A DNA stretch of 64,000 nt, taken from contig CAVWLR010000002.1 of the NCBI GenBank assembly GCA_963755855.1, positions 143,460-207,459 on the forward strand, written 5' to 3'. A model generated the notes under the pieces. That model saw nothing but the letters and a program-made list of their open reading frames with translations. It ran no database searches and was not told the DNA's origin. Source of the stretch: an uncultured Actinomycetes bacterium (lineage in GTDB: Bacteria; Actinomycetota; Acidimicrobiia; IMCC26256; DASPTH01). Below are positions 62,160-64,000 of the stretch, one piece after another. A program made the translations under genes and the position numbers. Every line of letters begins with the position of its first letter. The first letter of the stretch is position 1.

Positions 62160-63503
62160 TCAGTCTGGGTCGGGCAGGTCGATCCGGGCCAGCCAGAGAC
62201 CGGGGGCGTCGAGCTCGTTCGGTGTCGGGAGCATCTCGGGCGCGTCCCAGAGCCGGTTCAGCCCGTCGAGCCCGGCCCGCTCCACCACGCCGTCGACGAA
62301 CGCCTGGCCCCGCTCGTAGTGGGCCCGCTCCAGCTTCAGCCCGAGGAGCCCCTCGATGAAGCGCTCCGCCTCGCCCCGCTCGACCCGGTGGCGCTGCATG
62401 GCCTCGTGGATCTGGTCGAAGGTGGGGATCAGGCGGTGGCCGACGAGCCCCATCACGTGGTCGGCGTACCCCTCGATCACCGACGTGAGCCGCTGCAGCT
62501 CGTCCCGGGGCGCCACCTGGCGGGCCGACTGCATGGCGCCCAGGACCCGCTCCGGGCTCTGCGTGAGCTGCTGCAGCGCCTCCGGGTCCTGGATGTCGAT
62601 CGTCCCGAACTCGGCCTCGAACGCCGACGGATCGATCTCGTAGTTCGACACGTACTGCGTGGCGAGGTCGACGAGGCGCTCGCGCACCCACGGCACCGAG
62701 CGGGTGGCGGCGTGCACCACCTCGTGCAGCGCCACGTAGAAGCGCAGGTCGTCGCGGGGGAGCGACCACTCCGACTCGAACGTGTCGATGTTCTCGACGA
62801 CGAAGCAGAGGCTCGGCGCGTCGCTGGTGGGCAGGGGCAGGTCGTAGCGCCCCAGCGCGTGCTGCGCGAGGTACCCGATCATCGAGCCGGCCTGCACGCC
62901 GAGGAGCGCGGGCGCCAGCATCGACATCATGTTGCCCATGCCGGGCATCCCGGCCATCGCCGCGAACGGCGTGCCCGCCAGCCCCGGAAGGTCGCCGAGC
63001 TCGTCGAAGCCGGCGTCGGGATCGTCGTCGCCCGCCTGCATGGCGGCGCCCAGCGTGGTGGCCATCGCCTCGAGCACGGGCTTGAGCGCGACGAGGTGGA
63101 GGTCGACCCAGCCCTGGGGCCCGACGGTGCTGAGCGTGGTGGCGAAGGTGGCGGCGAGGCCGGTCTCGCCCACGACCAGGGTCTGGGCCGCGTGCGCGAG
63201 CTCTTCGAACTGGGTGCGATCGGCGGGGGCCACCGGCCGCTCGGGCCGGCCCTCGAGCGCGACGCCCTCTGCGGTCTGGCGCGCCACCTCCCAATTGACG
63301 GGTCCGGTGGACTGCAGGATCCGCATCACCTGGTTGAGGTCGATCTGCGAGAAGTCGACGTTCGCGGGGTCGAACTGACCGCCACCGGGTCCGCCGAGTC
63401 CGCCGGAGCCACCGAAGAGGAAGTTCGGGAGTCCCGGAACACCGGCCTCGTCGGGCCGTTCGTCGGGCTCTTCGGGGTCTCCAGGTTGAGACGGATCGGC
63501 CAC
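62160..63503 (-). CDS. Actinobacterial zincin-like metalloprotease (DUF2342 type)
   Basis: GPVNW, LGRYD, LHEVVH, IEGYAD and LPT..EL..P..W. Confidence 0.85.
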   Translation of the reverse strand: MADPSQPGDPEEPDERPDEAGVPGLPNFLFGGSGGLGGPGGGQFDPANVDFSQIDLNQVMRILQSTGPVNWEVARQTAEGVALEGRPERPVAPADRTQFEELAHAAQTLVVGETGLAATFATTLSTVGPQGWVDLHLVALKPVLEAMATTLGAAMQAGDDDPDAGFDELGDLPGLAGTPFAAMAGMPGMGNMMSMLAPALLGVQAGSMIGYLAQHALGRYDLPLPTSDAPSLCFVVENIDTFESEWSLPRDDLRFYVALHEVVHAATRSVPWVRERLVDLATQYVSNYEIDPSAFEAEFGTIDIQDPEALQQLTQSPERVLGAMQSARQVAPRDELQRLTSVIEGYADHVMGLVGHRLIPTFDQIHEAMQRHRVERGEAERFIEGLLGLKLERAHYERGQAFVDGVVERAGLDGLNRLWDAPEMLPTPNELDAPGLWLARIDLPDPD

Positions 63504-63514
63504 GCGGTCAGTGT

Positions 63515-64000
63515 ATGGGGGTGCATTCCGTTGCGGTCACCGGTGCCGCGGGCCTCGTCGGCCACCATCTGCTCCCCGTCCTCGCTGCGCACCCCGACGT
63601 CGATCGGGTCGTCGGGCTCGACGTCCGCGAACCCGAACGACGGCCCCGAGCGGTGGAATTCGCCCGTGTCGACATCGCCGGCACCGAGCTGAAGCCGCTG
63701 CTCGAGGGCATCGACGTGGTCGTCCACCTGGCGGGAGTCGTCGACCCGGTGCCCGACGTCGCGCTCATGGCCCGTGTGAACGTCGAGGGCACGCGGCACG
63801 TCCTCGACGCCGCGGCGTCGGTCGGTGCGCGACGGGTCGTCCGCATCTCGAGCGCGACGGTGTACGGCGCGTGGGCCAACAACCCGCTGCCGCTCACCGA
63901 GGACGTCGCCCTGCGCCCGAACCCCGACTTCTCACCCGCGGTGCAGGGCGCCGAGGTCGAGCGGTTGTTGGCCGAGTGGCGCGGCGATCACCCCGAGGTC
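63515..64000 (+). CDS. NAD-dependent epimerase/dehydratase (runs off window)
   Basis: VAVTGAAGLVG, VVHLA, NVEGT and SSATVYG. Confidence 0.85.
   Translation, partial: MGVHSVAVTGAAGLVGHHLLPVLAAHPDVDRVVGLDVREPERRPRAVEFARVDIAGTELKPLLEGIDVVVHLAGVVDPVPDVALMARVNVEGTRHVLDAAASVGARRVVRISSATVYGAWANNPLPLTEDVALRPNPDFSPAVQGAEVERLLAEWRGDHPEV

Noticed and set aside
59758-63294. Very long ORFs (1178 aa here; also 8032-10806, 57596-59932, 30013-32322, 38780-41155)
   Set aside because: Antisense or off-frame shadows of real genes, or indel-made chimeras, typical of high-GC DNA.

Overview
A very GC-rich stretch of actinobacterial chromosome; the gene set (WhiB proteins, SigE-RseA-HtrA, SenX3/RegX3-type PhoRP, F420/LLM enzymes) and synteny suggest class Acidimicrobiia (inference). 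It carries about 75 genes and no transposase, integrase, phage, rRNA, tRNA or CRISPR locus that I can recognise. Many genes between about 4 and 35 kb are broken by single-base indels, including housekeeping xseA and sdhA, while none after about 35 kb are; these look like long-read consensus errors. Main blocks: a DEAD-box helicase fused to a cold-shock domain; a mix of redox, lipid and MFS genes; xseAB; sdhCAB; an AAA ATPase/VWA pair; a divergent citrate synthase and HTH-citrate synthase pair; tatA-sigE-antisigma-rseB-whiB-htrA; and a 14.5-kb phosphate/polyphosphate cluster (two phoU, pstSCAB, phoR-phoP, surE, His-phosphatase, NUDIX, CYTH-CHAD, ppk1) with visible 11-nt GTTCACC PHO boxes. The most striking element is between the two phoU genes (about 46254-46710). 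There, two long hairpins each carry a six-C loop, like the 6C RNA. They are followed by 4.4 identical 69-bp repeats, each adding another C-rich loop, making this a candidate tandemly amplified multi-loop C-rich sRNA.
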